Positions 29,217-38,520 of a stretch of 64,000 nucleotides of DNA are shown here, piece by piece. The stretch lies in the NCBI GenBank assembly GCA_965223265.1, contig OZ244999.1, positions 3,072,001 through 3,136,000 of the forward strand, read 5' to 3'. Position numbers and translations under genes: made by a program. The notes under the pieces were generated by a model. That model ran no database searches and was not told where the DNA came from. It saw only the letters and a list, made by a program, of their open reading frames with translations. The stretch comes from Planctomycetota bacterium. GTDB lineage: Bacteria; Planctomycetota; UBA8108; SXIK01. Each line of letters opens with the position of its first letter. Position 1 is the stretch's first letter.

Positions 29217-30044
29217 ATGCTGACCCTGCCTGAGCTTTTTCCAGGTTACTTGGAGTATGCCGGCTGTGCGTTGATTCTGGTCGGCGCCCAGATCGTTTAT
29301 GCGGCGGTCGGTTTTGGTGCTGGGATCTTTGCTATCGCCCTGGCGGCGCTCTTACTGCCGGACTTGCGCGGTGCGGTGGTGACTCTGTTTCTTGTCAACG
29401 TCGCCATCGAAATCGTCATCCTCGGGCGCATTTGGCGTTTCGGTCGAGTGTGGTTGCTTGCCGGGCTTGTGCCGACCACCGCGATCGGGCTCTGGCTCGG
29501 GACGCGGCTACTTGGACGCCTACCGGTGATCGATCTGAAGCGAGCGCTCGGTGTCGTGATCTCCGCGGCAGGCATCTGGTTTTTCGTTAACGATCAAGTG
29601 CGCGCCCGGCGGGCGGTGGCCTTGCCCGCCGACGCCCAGCGCGAACCGTCTTTGTCTGCGCGTCCTGCCGGTCGCGTCGTCGACTTCTGGCTGCAGCTCC
29701 CCGTTGGGCTGCTCTCCGGAACCCTCATGGGTCTCTTCGGCACTGGAGGGCCGCCCGTCGTCGCCGTTTTGAAAAAGTTCCGGCTCGATAAGGCATCGTT
29801 TCGAGCGACGCTCATGTGGTATTTCTTGATCATGGGCACCGTGCGCGCTGGTAGCTACATTCACGCTGGCTTGATGACGAGCGCCGAGCTGAAGGCGGCG
29901 CTTTGGCTGTTGCCTCCATCACTGCTCGGCGCGCGTCTCGGCATGGCAGTGCATCGACGGCTCTCGGAGCTCCAGTTTGAAACTGCGGTGTCGACGCTTT
30001 TGATTCTTCTGGGGGCTATGTTGACCTTCGGCAGTGGCCGGTAG
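29217..30044 (+). CDS. TauE/SafE (DUF81) family exporter
   Basis: About 8 TM helices; GFGAG and GLFGTGGPP motifs. Confidence 0.85.
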   Translation: MLTLPELFPGYLEYAGCALILVGAQIVYAAVGFGAGIFAIALAALLLPDLRGAVVTLFLVNVAIEIVILGRIWRFGRVWLLAGLVPTTAIGLWLGTRLLGRLPVIDLKRALGVVISAAGIWFFVNDQVRARRAVALPADAQREPSLSARPAGRVVDFWLQLPVGLLSGTLMGLFGTGGPPVVAVLKKFRLDKASFRATLMWYFLIMGTVRAGSYIHAGLMTSAELKAALWLLPPSLLGARLGMAVHRRLSELQFETAVSTLLILLGAMLTFGSGR

Positions 30045-30097
30045 CACGAGCGAGGAAGATGCGCCCGACTGTCTTTTCGTGCGAGCTTCGATGCCTC

Positions 30098-30364
30098 TCA
30101 GAGCCCGCCGCCGATCGCTGCGACGACGTGCACCTCGCTCGCGTCCTCGATTCGAGCCAGGAGCCCCATCGTGGAGATGTTCCCGTCGATCGAGACTGCC
30201 AGTCCCCGGGTCAGTCGATCGCCGTCGATCAGTCGCGCGCCGATCCCTGGGAAGCGTTCGTCGAGTGCGCGAATGACCTGGCGGAGCGTGCCGCCCGGCA
30301 CCTCGACCTTGTCGATTCCATCGGTGATGTCACGCATCTGCGTTGGGATGTAGACCGTCGCCAT
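30098..30364 (-). CDS. MoaD/ThiS-family ubiquitin-like protein
   Basis: 88 aa; VYIPT..R, LDERFPGI, AVSIDG and C-terminal AIGGGL. Confidence 0.85.
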   Translation of the reverse strand: MATVYIPTQMRDITDGIDKVEVPGGTLRQVIRALDERFPGIGARLIDGDRLTRGLAVSIDGNISTMGLLARIEDASEVHVVAAIGGGL

Positions 30365-30398
30365 TCGCTTTTCGTCTGGGCACGCCGAGCAGGCGGCG

Positions 30399-32684
30399 CT
30401 ACGCGAGTTTTTTGCCGTCCTTCTCCAAAACGGCAGCACACACCTTGTGTGGCGCCATTGGCAGATCGCGCAGACGCACTCCGGCTGCGTGATAGATCGC
30501 ATTGGCGATCGCTGCAGGTGGAGCGACGATGGGCGTCTCGCCGACGCCGCGAACGCCATAGGGATGGTCCGGATTCGGCACCTCGACAATGATGGTGTCG
30601 ATCATCGGCACGTCAAGGCACGTCGGCATACGGTAGTCGAGGAAGGTAGGATTCGTCATGCGTCCTTCCTCGTTGAACATGTACTCTTCATTGAGCGCCC
30701 AGCCGATTCCCTGAACCGCTCCTCCTTGCATCTGCCCTTCGACGTAGCTCGGGTGGATCGCCTTGCCGGCATCTTGAATCGCCGTGTAGCGCAGAATCGA
30801 CACCTTACCGGTTTCGGGGTCGACCTCGACGTCCACAATGTGCGTTCCAAATCCGTTGGTTGACCCTTGCGGATTGACCGCGGCACGACCGATGACGGGA
30901 CCACCGGTTTCGTTGAGCCTTGCGGCCAGTTCTTTGAACTCGAGGCGATGGCTGGCGCCGTTCGAAAACACGCCGTCTTCAAAGGAGACGTCAGACGCGT
31001 CGCACTCCCACAGCATGGCCGCACGCTCTTTCATCTGCCGCGCGATGTCGATCCCGGCTTCGTACGCGGCCAGGCCTGTTGAGAAGGTGACCCGACTACC
31101 GCCGGTAACGTCCGTATATCCGACGCTGTCGGTGTCGACGACCTTCGGGTGGACGTCTTCGGCCGGAATGCCGAGAGACTCCGCCAGCTGCATTGCAACG
31201 GACGTGCGCGTGCCTCCGATATCCGTCGAACCTTCGAGCAGACCGACCGTGCCGTCAGGATTGACGTGAGCCGTGACGCTCGACTTCAGGCCGATGTTGA
31301 ACCAAAAGCCGCTCGCGATTCCGCGACCGCGATTCGGGCCTTTGAGCTCTGACTTCCAGTGGTCACTTTCGCGAGCCGCTTCGAGCGTCTCGATGAGCCC
31401 GACACGAGGGTACACCGGTCCGTCAACGCGTCGAGTGCCTTCCTTCGCAGCGTTCTTCAAGCGCAGTTCGATAGGGTCGATGCCGAGCGTCTCCGCGAGC
31501 TCGTCGACGACGACTTCGCACGCGAACGCTGCCTGTGTCGCGCCCGGGGCGCGGTAGGCCTGGGTCTTCGGCTTGTTCTGCACGACGTCGTAACCGTCGA
31601 CGCGCGCGTTGGGGATGTCGTAGCAGCTGAAGACGCACATGCAGCCCGGCCCGATCATACCGCCGGGGTAGGCCCCAGCGTCATACGCCAGCCAAGCGTC
31701 AGCGGCGACGAGTTGACCGTCTTTCTTGGCGCCCAACTTGACACGCATGAAGGATCCGGGGGTCGGCCCGGTCGCCTCAAAGACGTCTGCGCGCGGCATG
31801 GTGATCTTGACAGGTCGCCCGCTTTTGCGGCTGAGGATGGCGGCGACAGGCTCGAGATAGACAGCGATTTTGCCGCCAAAGCCACCACCGATTTCGCAAG
31901 GAATCACGGTGACGCGCGAAATAGGGATCTGGAGCAACTCGGCCGTCTGCTGTCGTGTCGTGAAGGAGCCTTGCGTCGAGGCCCAGACGGTTAGGTGGCC
32001 GTCAGAGTTCCACAGCGCGGTGGCGACGTGGGGTTCGATGTATCCCTGATGAACGCTCGCTGTTTTGAACTCGCGTTCAATCACGACGTCCGCCTGCGAG
32101 AAACCTTGATCGATGTCACCCTGCTCGAAGTGTAGATGCTGCGAAATGTTGCTCGGCTTGTCGGCGCTCTTTCCCATTTCATCGGTAAAGACGTCGTCAT
32201 GCAGCAGCGGAGCGTCGTCCTCCATCGCGTCGAGCACCCAAGTCACTGCCGGTAGGACTTCGTATTCCACCTTGATCAGTTCTGCGGCCTCTTCAGCGGC
32301 GTGAACGGTTTTCGCCGCCACTGCGGCAACGGCGTGTCCTTTGTAGAGGACCTTGTTGTTGGCGAGGACATTGGCTCCCAGGTGGGCGAGGTTGACGGCA
32401 CCTTCACCGAGCTCGGCGATCTTGTCTTTGAGATCAGGGAGATCTTTCCCGGTGGCGACGGCGACGACGTCGGGATGCTTCTCTGCGGCGGACGTGTCGA
32501 TCGACGTGATCTTGGCATGTGCGTGTGGGCTACGGACGACCCAGCCGTAGACCATGCCAGGTAGCTGAACGTCATTACCGTAGACCGCACGACCTGTCAT
32601 CTTGTCGACGCCATCGTGGCGTACGGGGCGCGTCCCGAGAACCTTGTACTCTTTTTTGCTGGCTGCGTCTTTTGTCGTCGTCAT
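30399..32684 (-). CDS. Xanthine dehydrogenase-family molybdopterin-binding (large) subunit
   Basis: RSPHAHA, QGYIEP, GGGFGGK, AYRAPG, EGQMQGG..QGIG and RGVGE motifs. Confidence 0.94.
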   Translation of the reverse strand: MTTTKDAASKKEYKVLGTRPVRHDGVDKMTGRAVYGNDVQLPGMVYGWVVRSPHAHAKITSIDTSAAEKHPDVVAVATGKDLPDLKDKIAELGEGAVNLAHLGANVLANNKVLYKGHAVAAVAAKTVHAAEEAAELIKVEYEVLPAVTWVLDAMEDDAPLLHDDVFTDEMGKSADKPSNISQHLHFEQGDIDQGFSQADVVIEREFKTASVHQGYIEPHVATALWNSDGHLTVWASTQGSFTTRQQTAELLQIPISRVTVIPCEIGGGFGGKIAVYLEPVAAILSRKSGRPVKITMPRADVFEATGPTPGSFMRVKLGAKKDGQLVAADAWLAYDAGAYPGGMIGPGCMCVFSCYDIPNARVDGYDVVQNKPKTQAYRAPGATQAAFACEVVVDELAETLGIDPIELRLKNAAKEGTRRVDGPVYPRVGLIETLEAARESDHWKSELKGPNRGRGIASGFWFNIGLKSSVTAHVNPDGTVGLLEGSTDIGGTRTSVAMQLAESLGIPAEDVHPKVVDTDSVGYTDVTGGSRVTFSTGLAAYEAGIDIARQMKERAAMLWECDASDVSFEDGVFSNGASHRLEFKELAARLNETGGPVIGRAAVNPQGSTNGFGTHIVDVEVDPETGKVSILRYTAIQDAGKAIHPSYVEGQMQGGAVQGIGWALNEEYMFNEEGRMTNPTFLDYRMPTCLDVPMIDTIIVEVPNPDHPYGVRGVGETPIVAPPAAIANAIYHAAGVRLRDLPMAPHKVCAAVLEKDGKKLA

Positions 32685-33169
32685 TTGGATGATTCCTCCG
32701 CCAACACGCTCGCCGCCGCCTGGACGGCGCGAACGATCTTGTCGTAACCAGTGCAGCGACACAGATTCCCGGAGAGCTCGAAGCGGATTTCTTGCTCGCT
32801 GGGGTTCGAATTGCGATCGAGCAGAGCTTTAGCCGTCATGAGAAATCCAGGGGTGCAGATACCGCACTGCAGTGCAGCCCCCTCGAGAAAGCACTGCTGC
32901 ACGGGATGCAGATGCCCGTCGTGGGCTAATCCCTCCACCGTGACGATCTCAGCTCCCTCAGCCTCGACGGCCAGCACGATGCAGCTGTCGACCGGCTCGT
33001 TGTTCATCAGCACCGTGCAGGCGCCGCAGTTACCGTTGTTACAGCCTTCCTTCGTTCCGGTGAGCTTGAGCTCGTCACGGAGCGCCTCAAGAAGGCTTTG
33101 ATGAGGGGCGCAGAGGAATTCTACCGCTTCGCCGTTGATGGTGGTGGAAACGTGAGTCTTTTTCGACAC
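32681..33169 (-). CDS. Xanthine dehydrogenase-family (2Fe-2S) small subunit
   Basis: GCNNGNCGAC, QCGICTPG and GNLCRCTGY motifs. Confidence 0.94.
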   Translation of the reverse strand: MSKKTHVSTTINGEAVEFLCAPHQSLLEALRDELKLTGTKEGCNNGNCGACTVLMNNEPVDSCIVLAVEAEGAEIVTVEGLAHDGHLHPVQQCFLEGAALQCGICTPGFLMTAKALLDRNSNPSEQEIRFELSGNLCRCTGYDKIVRAVQAAASVLAEESSK

Positions 33170-33232
33170 CGGTTTGCTTCCTTGATCGTTCTCAGGTGAA
33201 GAGTTCTTCCGACTCGTGACACAAACGGGGCA

Positions 33233-34108
33233 TTAGGCCTGCTGCGCCCTCTCGCAAGCTTTGGCGAGAGCTCGGAACGTTAGGACTCCGACAAGGTGGA
33301 TTCTGTATTCGCGCGGCCCGCGTAGATCGGTGATGGGGTTGGCGACGCTCTTGGCGCGCTCAGCAGCATCGCGAAAGCTTGCTTCCGTGGCAGGTTTGCC
33401 GGTGAGCCAGCGCACCGCGTCGTCGGGTACAACTGGCGTTGGCGCGACGGCGCCGAGGCCAATTCTGACAGCGTCTACGGATTTGCCATCGTCACTGAGG
33501 CGGAGCCAGGCTCCAACACCAGCGACGGCGATGTCCATTTCGTTACGAGGAATGAACCTCAAGTAGTGCGAGCCGCTTCGCGGGGATGGTGGCGGAAGGT
33601 CGATGCGCGAGAGAAACTCTCCCGGCTCCAAGACATTGCGTCCTGGTCCAGTACAGAACTCCGCGGCGGGAACTGCTCGAGTCCCCGAAGGGCCGACGAT
33701 CGTACATGACGCATTCAGAGCAATGAGCGCCGGGATCGAGTCGGCAGCAGGTGACGAGTTGCACAGGTTGCCGCCTATGCTTGCGCGACTCTGTATCTGC
33801 CAGCCACCGATGATGCGAGCCGCGTCTGCCAGTGCAGGGTAAGCCCTCGAGATCCGTTCGTCGCGGTAGATTCGGATGCAGGGGACGGTCGCCCCGAGCC
33901 TCAACCCGTCCTTCTCGGAAAACTCCAGTTCCGTAAGTTCCGGAATGTGTTTGAGGTCGACGACGAGGTCGGCGCTGCGTTGGCCCTCACGGAGCTGCAC
34001 TAAAAGATCAGTACCACCGGCGAGAAACCGCACACCGGTCGCCTTGGAGCGCAGCAGACCGATGGCCTCGGGGAGCGACGCTGGGGCTGCATAGTCGAAA
34101 GTTTTCAC
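33233..34108 (-). CDS. Xanthine dehydrogenase-family FAD-binding (medium, CoxM-like) subunit
   Basis: LAGGTDL, IGGNLCNSSPAAD and PITDLRG..EYR motifs. Confidence 0.93.
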   Translation of the reverse strand: MKTFDYAAPASLPEAIGLLRSKATGVRFLAGGTDLLVQLREGQRSADLVVDLKHIPELTELEFSEKDGLRLGATVPCIRIYRDERISRAYPALADAARIIGGWQIQSRASIGGNLCNSSPAADSIPALIALNASCTIVGPSGTRAVPAAEFCTGPGRNVLEPGEFLSRIDLPPPSPRSGSHYLRFIPRNEMDIAVAGVGAWLRLSDDGKSVDAVRIGLGAVAPTPVVPDDAVRWLTGKPATEASFRDAAERAKSVANPITDLRGPREYRIHLVGVLTFRALAKACERAQQA

Positions 34109-34212
34109 CCGTCGTTTCCTTGGTTGGTGGGAAAAAGTTCACGTTCGTTTTGGGGGGGGCGACTTCGGCGGCGACTAGATCTCGCTGCCGGAAAGCCGGA
34201 GTCCAGCGAGCT

Positions 34213-34242
34213 ACTATCCGGCATCCTCGCGTCGTCTGTCAA
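34213..34242 (-). promoter_or_regulatory. Possible sigma70-type promoter for the Mo-hydroxylase operon
   Basis: TTGACA-N18-GATAGT on the minus strand, about 105 bp upstream of the start. Confidence 0.3.
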
Positions 34243-34324
34243 GCAAGGCTGCCGAATCGTCGACAGCTGAACGTGCCGCAGCATCAAAGCTCGACGGCGA
34301 GTCTGCGCTGCGCCCGCGAGCCGC

Positions 34325-35305
34325 TCATTTGTTGAGTGTCAGCGATTGGATCGCATCAGCCCTGCCGAGCGCAATGAAGGAATCTCCTGGCTCGAGTCGC
34401 GTTGTGCTCGGTGGCGGCATCAGGAGCTCTGAGTCGGGCTTGCGGATTCCGATGACGACGATTCCTTGGTCAGTGAACGTCGTCTCGTTGAGCATTTTTC
34501 CAGCGCAGGTGGAGTCATCGTCGACCTGTATCTCCGCCAAGTCGAACTCGCGCTCTCGAGAGGTGAAGATCTCGATGAAGTTTTCCACGTGTGGATTGGC
34601 GAGCAAGCGAGCGAGTTTCACGGCACCGGCGCTGTATGGGCTGACCGTGCCGTTTGCCCCTGCTTTCGATAACTTCTCGCCTTGTTTTGGATCTGACGCC
34701 CGGGCGAGGATTTGTAGGTTCGGTCGAAGCAACCGCGCCGAGAACACCACAAAGAGGTTGCCTGCATCCGTACCCAAAACTGTCGCGAGACCTCTGGCAT
34801 GTTCGATTCCCGCGGCGGTCAGAGTCTCGTCTTCAGTCGCATCTCCAACGAGGAAGTGCCAACCTCTCGTCTCGCAGCCGGAGAGGAGGTCCGCGTCTCG
34901 ATCGACCACAACAAACGGCAGGTTGTGCTCAGATAGTTGCGAGCAGAGGCTTTGCCCCATGCGCCCGAAGCCGCAGATAATGAAGTGATGCCGAAGAGAT
35001 TTCAGGGCGGCGTCCATCTTACGATTTTCGAACCAGTGGTTGAGTTGGTTGCTAACGATGAGCTCGCCAAGACTGACGAGGCTGTAGAGAAACACGCCGA
35101 GCCCCAAGGCGAGAAACACCATGAGAAAGGCGCGCCCTGCCGTAGAGAGCTCGTAGATTTCGCTGTACCCAACGGTCGTCAAGCTGATGACCGTCATGTA
35201 AAGCGCATCGAACCAGTCGTAGTCGTCCTCGATGAACCATATGCCGAACGTTCCCAGCGAGGTCAGGGCGGCGAGGAGCGCCGAAACCTGCAGAATCTTT
35301 CTCAT
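34325..35305 (-). CDS. Two-TM potassium channel with TrkA-N/TrkA-C (RCK) domains
   Basis: Pore helix DALYMTVISLTTVGYS; ICGFGRMG nucleotide-binding motif; GDAT. Confidence 0.9.
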   Translation of the reverse strand: MRKILQVSALLAALTSLGTFGIWFIEDDYDWFDALYMTVISLTTVGYSEIYELSTAGRAFLMVFLALGLGVFLYSLVSLGELIVSNQLNHWFENRKMDAALKSLRHHFIICGFGRMGQSLCSQLSEHNLPFVVVDRDADLLSGCETRGWHFLVGDATEDETLTAAGIEHARGLATVLGTDAGNLFVVFSARLLRPNLQILARASDPKQGEKLSKAGANGTVSPYSAGAVKLARLLANPHVENFIEIFTSREREFDLAEIQVDDDSTCAGKMLNETTFTDQGIVVIGIRKPDSELLMPPPSTTRLEPGDSFIALGRADAIQSLTLNK

Positions 35306-35507
35306 AGTAGCGCGCTGAAAAAGTGCTTCGAGCTGAAAACTGGTCGCCTTGCATCCAACTGCTCCGCGGCGAACGTACCTGGTCTCCAAGCTCGCTTGAG
35401 GACAGCATGGCGAGGCGCGTTGCGGCTGAACTGGATGTGAAGAGGCCGGCTTCCCAGTCGAACGACTTTTTCAACGGACGGGTAGCGATCCAATCCATCG
35501 CTGGACT

Positions 35508-36620
35508 CTACCGCGGACGCGGACATGACGACCCTCTTGCGTAGTGTTCGAGTTTTTTCAGGTCGATCTCGACTCCGAGGCCGGGGGCTTCAGGAACTCG
35601 CATGCGGCCGCGGCAGATTTCGAACGGGACCACCGTAATGTCTGACTCGAGCCCATAGTACGTACAGTCGTTCGCCAGCGTGAAAGCCGGCGTTGACACG
35701 ACGATATGGAGCATCGCTGCGGTCTTTAGGCCGAAGTCGTGCGCGCAGTGCATGACACACGGTCGACGGGCGGCTGCCGCAATGGTAGCGACTTTGCGCA
35801 CGCCAAGGATGCCACCGCACTGATAGGTGTCCGGAAGCAGGACTGCGGCGGCGTCGGCGCGCACTATGTCCAGGGCGACCTCAGGGGTGGTCACCGACTC
35901 GTTGAGGGCTATTGGCGTACTCGTCGCGCGGCGCAGTTGCGCTGCTTCCGCGATCAACTCTCTGTCCATCGGTTGCTCGAGATACTCGAGCGCGAAGGGT
36001 TCCAAGTCACGAGCAAGGGACTTGGCGACGTCCGGCGAGTAGCCCTGATTTGGGTCTATCCTCAGTTTTAGTCGGTCGCCCACGGCATCGCGAACGCCGC
36101 GGACCATTTCGAGATCCTCTGCGGCGGAGCGACCTGCCTTCGTCTTCAGGGTCGAGAACCCCATGTCGGTGTAGTGTCTGGCGATCTCGCCGGCGCGATC
36201 GTATGGCTGGATTCCCATGCAAGCGGCAAGCTCGATCTCCTTGGCGCGCACGGCGCCACCGAGGAGTTGGTAGAGTGGTTGACCGCACACCTTGCCGGCA
36301 ATGTCCCAAAGCGCCATCTCGATGCCCGACTGCAGGTGGTCGTCCTGCAATCCGGCGTCGACGTAGAGCCGTTCGATCTCGAATGGGTCCCAGCCCTGCA
36401 GGCGGGAATTCAGTTCATCGCCTTCTGCGCCAGAAAACGGTCCTGCATCTACGTAGAGTCGCTGGGGGGTCTCGCCCCAGCCGACGATCCCGCCGTCTGT
36501 CTCCACGCGTACGATCAAGGCAGCGCTGCTGGTGCCGGCGCGGTAGCGGTTTTCGTAGGGGGCGATCGGCGCGATTTGCGGTACATCGATGAGCCAGGTC
36601 TGGACGCTGTCGATCTTCAT
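35508..36620 (-). CDS. Mandelate racemase/muconate lactonizing enzyme family protein
   Basis: GWGE, ALWDIAGK..GQPLYQLLGG, KTK, DPN, EQP and PGLGVE motifs. Confidence 0.92.
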   Translation of the reverse strand: MKIDSVQTWLIDVPQIAPIAPYENRYRAGTSSAALIVRVETDGGIVGWGETPQRLYVDAGPFSGAEGDELNSRLQGWDPFEIERLYVDAGLQDDHLQSGIEMALWDIAGKVCGQPLYQLLGGAVRAKEIELAACMGIQPYDRAGEIARHYTDMGFSTLKTKAGRSAAEDLEMVRGVRDAVGDRLKLRIDPNQGYSPDVAKSLARDLEPFALEYLEQPMDRELIAEAAQLRRATSTPIALNESVTTPEVALDIVRADAAAVLLPDTYQCGGILGVRKVATIAAAARRPCVMHCAHDFGLKTAAMLHIVVSTPAFTLANDCTYYGLESDITVVPFEICRGRMRVPEAPGLGVEIDLKKLEHYARGSSCPRPR

Positions 36621-36903
36621 AGCTCTTCGTCGCGGTTCGGAGCCTACCACGACTCTTGTCGCGATTTTTGTCGAATCGGATCGGCCGTTGCTTGTCGATC
36701 GAGTAAGTGGCGTGCTATCCGATCACTCAACGACGCCGCAGGATAGCACTTGACGAGCGTAGGTGGCAACGGCGAGTCTGGCGCCGGCGTCGACGCGGTC
36801 CCAACTGGCGGTGGAGGCAACCTTCCACGCGCAGATGTCGGGTACCCACGGCTCAAGTTCCGACGCGTTGAAACCAACTCCTTCTGTTACGCGATCAGCC
36901 GCC

Positions 36904-38448
36904 ATGACGAATCTCGATTGGGGTGTTGTTCTCCTCTACCTTGTCGGTCTTTTCTGTCTGGGAGTGCGTTTCTCGAGACAGCAATCTTCGACCGAAGAGT
37001 ACTTTCTTGCCGGCAGGAGACTCCCTGCGTGGCTGGCTGGGATTAGCGCTCTCGCAACTCTTCTCTCGACGGTGAGCTACTTGGCGATTCCTGGAGAAAC
37101 GATCAGGAACGGGATCGGTCTCTACGTCTCACTGTTGGCGTTCGTCGGCATCATTCCCGTCGTCAACCGTGTCATGATCCCTTTCCTCATGCGTCTCAAG
37201 GTCACGAGCATCTACGACTACTTGCAGCGTCGCTTTGGACGCCCGACGCGGCTTCTGGGTGCGAGTGTGTTCGTCATCACCCGTTTCGTTTGGATGGGGC
37301 TGATTCTCTACACCGCGTCAGTGGCGATCAACGGCGTGACGGGGTGGCGCACCGAGTGGTTGGTCGTCGTTATGGGCGCTGTGACGACGATCTACACCGC
37401 TTTCGGCGGTCTGCGAGCTGTGGTTTGGTCGGATTGCCTTCAGTTCGTGCTGCTGTTCGGCGGCGCGGTGTTTATTCCCATCTATATCGCGCTGCAGTTG
37501 CACGCCGGACCGGCGACTTGGTGGGAGGTCTTCAGCGATGCGGAGCGGAGCGAACTGACGTTTTTCAGCTTCGATTTCTTCGAGCGCATCACCGTCGTCG
37601 GCATCATTCTCGAGGTGTTCGTGTGGAACATCTGCACGCACGGATCCGATCAAGTCGCGGCGCAGCGCTACATCAGCACCCCGTCGCTGCGCGCCGCGCG
37701 TCGTTCTGTGTGGGTGTTCTCGATCGCCAACATAGCGTTGATCCTGTTGCTCGTCGTCTGCGGTCTTGCACTCTTCTACTTCTACTACATACGATCCGGT
37801 GAGACGCTTGCGGTGTTCGAGGTCGGCATCAAAGAGGGTGCGGACAAGATTCTCCCGAGATTCATCGGCGCGGAGTTGCCTGCCGGAGTCTCGGGACTTT
37901 TGATTTCTGCCCTCCTGGCGGCTGCTATGTCGAGTTTGAGCTCGGGTGTCAATTCCGTATGCACCGTTTTTCTCACCGATTTCGTGTCGAAGCGCGATCA
38001 GTCGCGCGGCTTGGCGGCACCGATTTGGCTGTCGCTCGTCGTCGGGGTCGCCTCGGTCGCCGCGTCGATTGCGATCATCAAGCTGAAAGCAAGCGCAGGG
38101 GAAGACTGGAACCTCACCGACTTGATTCATCGGGTCAACCATCTCTTCGTTGCGCCTTTGGGGGCGCTTTTCTTTGCAGGGATTTGGTTTCGGCGTGCCG
38201 GCCAAACGGCCGTGCTATGTGGTTTCGCGTGTGGAGCTGTGACAGGACTGTTGATTTCGTTCAGTCGAGAGTTCTTCGACCTGGAGCGCCACGTGTCGTT
38301 CACTTGGATCATGCCAGCCGGGTTCGCCGTCACTCTGGTCGTTACATTCGCCTGCGCATTTCTTTTCGAGCCACCGAGACCGAGTCAACTGAGCGTTCTC
38401 GAGGACGCACCCACGAACAGTCCGGTTGATCTGCCACGTCGCGGGTGA
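36904..38448 (+). CDS. Sodium:solute symporter (SSS) family transporter
   Basis: YFLAGR, GGLRAVVWSD, DQVAAQRY and AAAMSSLSSGVNS motifs. Confidence 0.92.
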   Translation: MTNLDWGVVLLYLVGLFCLGVRFSRQQSSTEEYFLAGRRLPAWLAGISALATLLSTVSYLAIPGETIRNGIGLYVSLLAFVGIIPVVNRVMIPFLMRLKVTSIYDYLQRRFGRPTRLLGASVFVITRFVWMGLILYTASVAINGVTGWRTEWLVVVMGAVTTIYTAFGGLRAVVWSDCLQFVLLFGGAVFIPIYIALQLHAGPATWWEVFSDAERSELTFFSFDFFERITVVGIILEVFVWNICTHGSDQVAAQRYISTPSLRAARRSVWVFSIANIALILLLVVCGLALFYFYYIRSGETLAVFEVGIKEGADKILPRFIGAELPAGVSGLLISALLAAAMSSLSSGVNSVCTVFLTDFVSKRDQSRGLAAPIWLSLVVGVASVAASIAIIKLKASAGEDWNLTDLIHRVNHLFVAPLGALFFAGIWFRRAGQTAVLCGFACGAVTGLLISFSREFFDLERHVSFTWIMPAGFAVTLVVTFACAFLFEPPRPSQLSVLEDAPTNSPVDLPRRG

Positions 38449-38520
38449 GTAGGCTCTTGGCGGATTGGATCGCTGTGCCGTCGATCCGCTGCCGTCCGTC
38501 AGGCATTTCGAGGTTTTTCG

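Noticed and set aside
30399-34108. Aerobic CO dehydrogenase (coxMSL)
   Set aside because: Gene order matches, but the active-site loop is AYRAPG, not AYxCSFR (form I) or AYRGAGR (form II)
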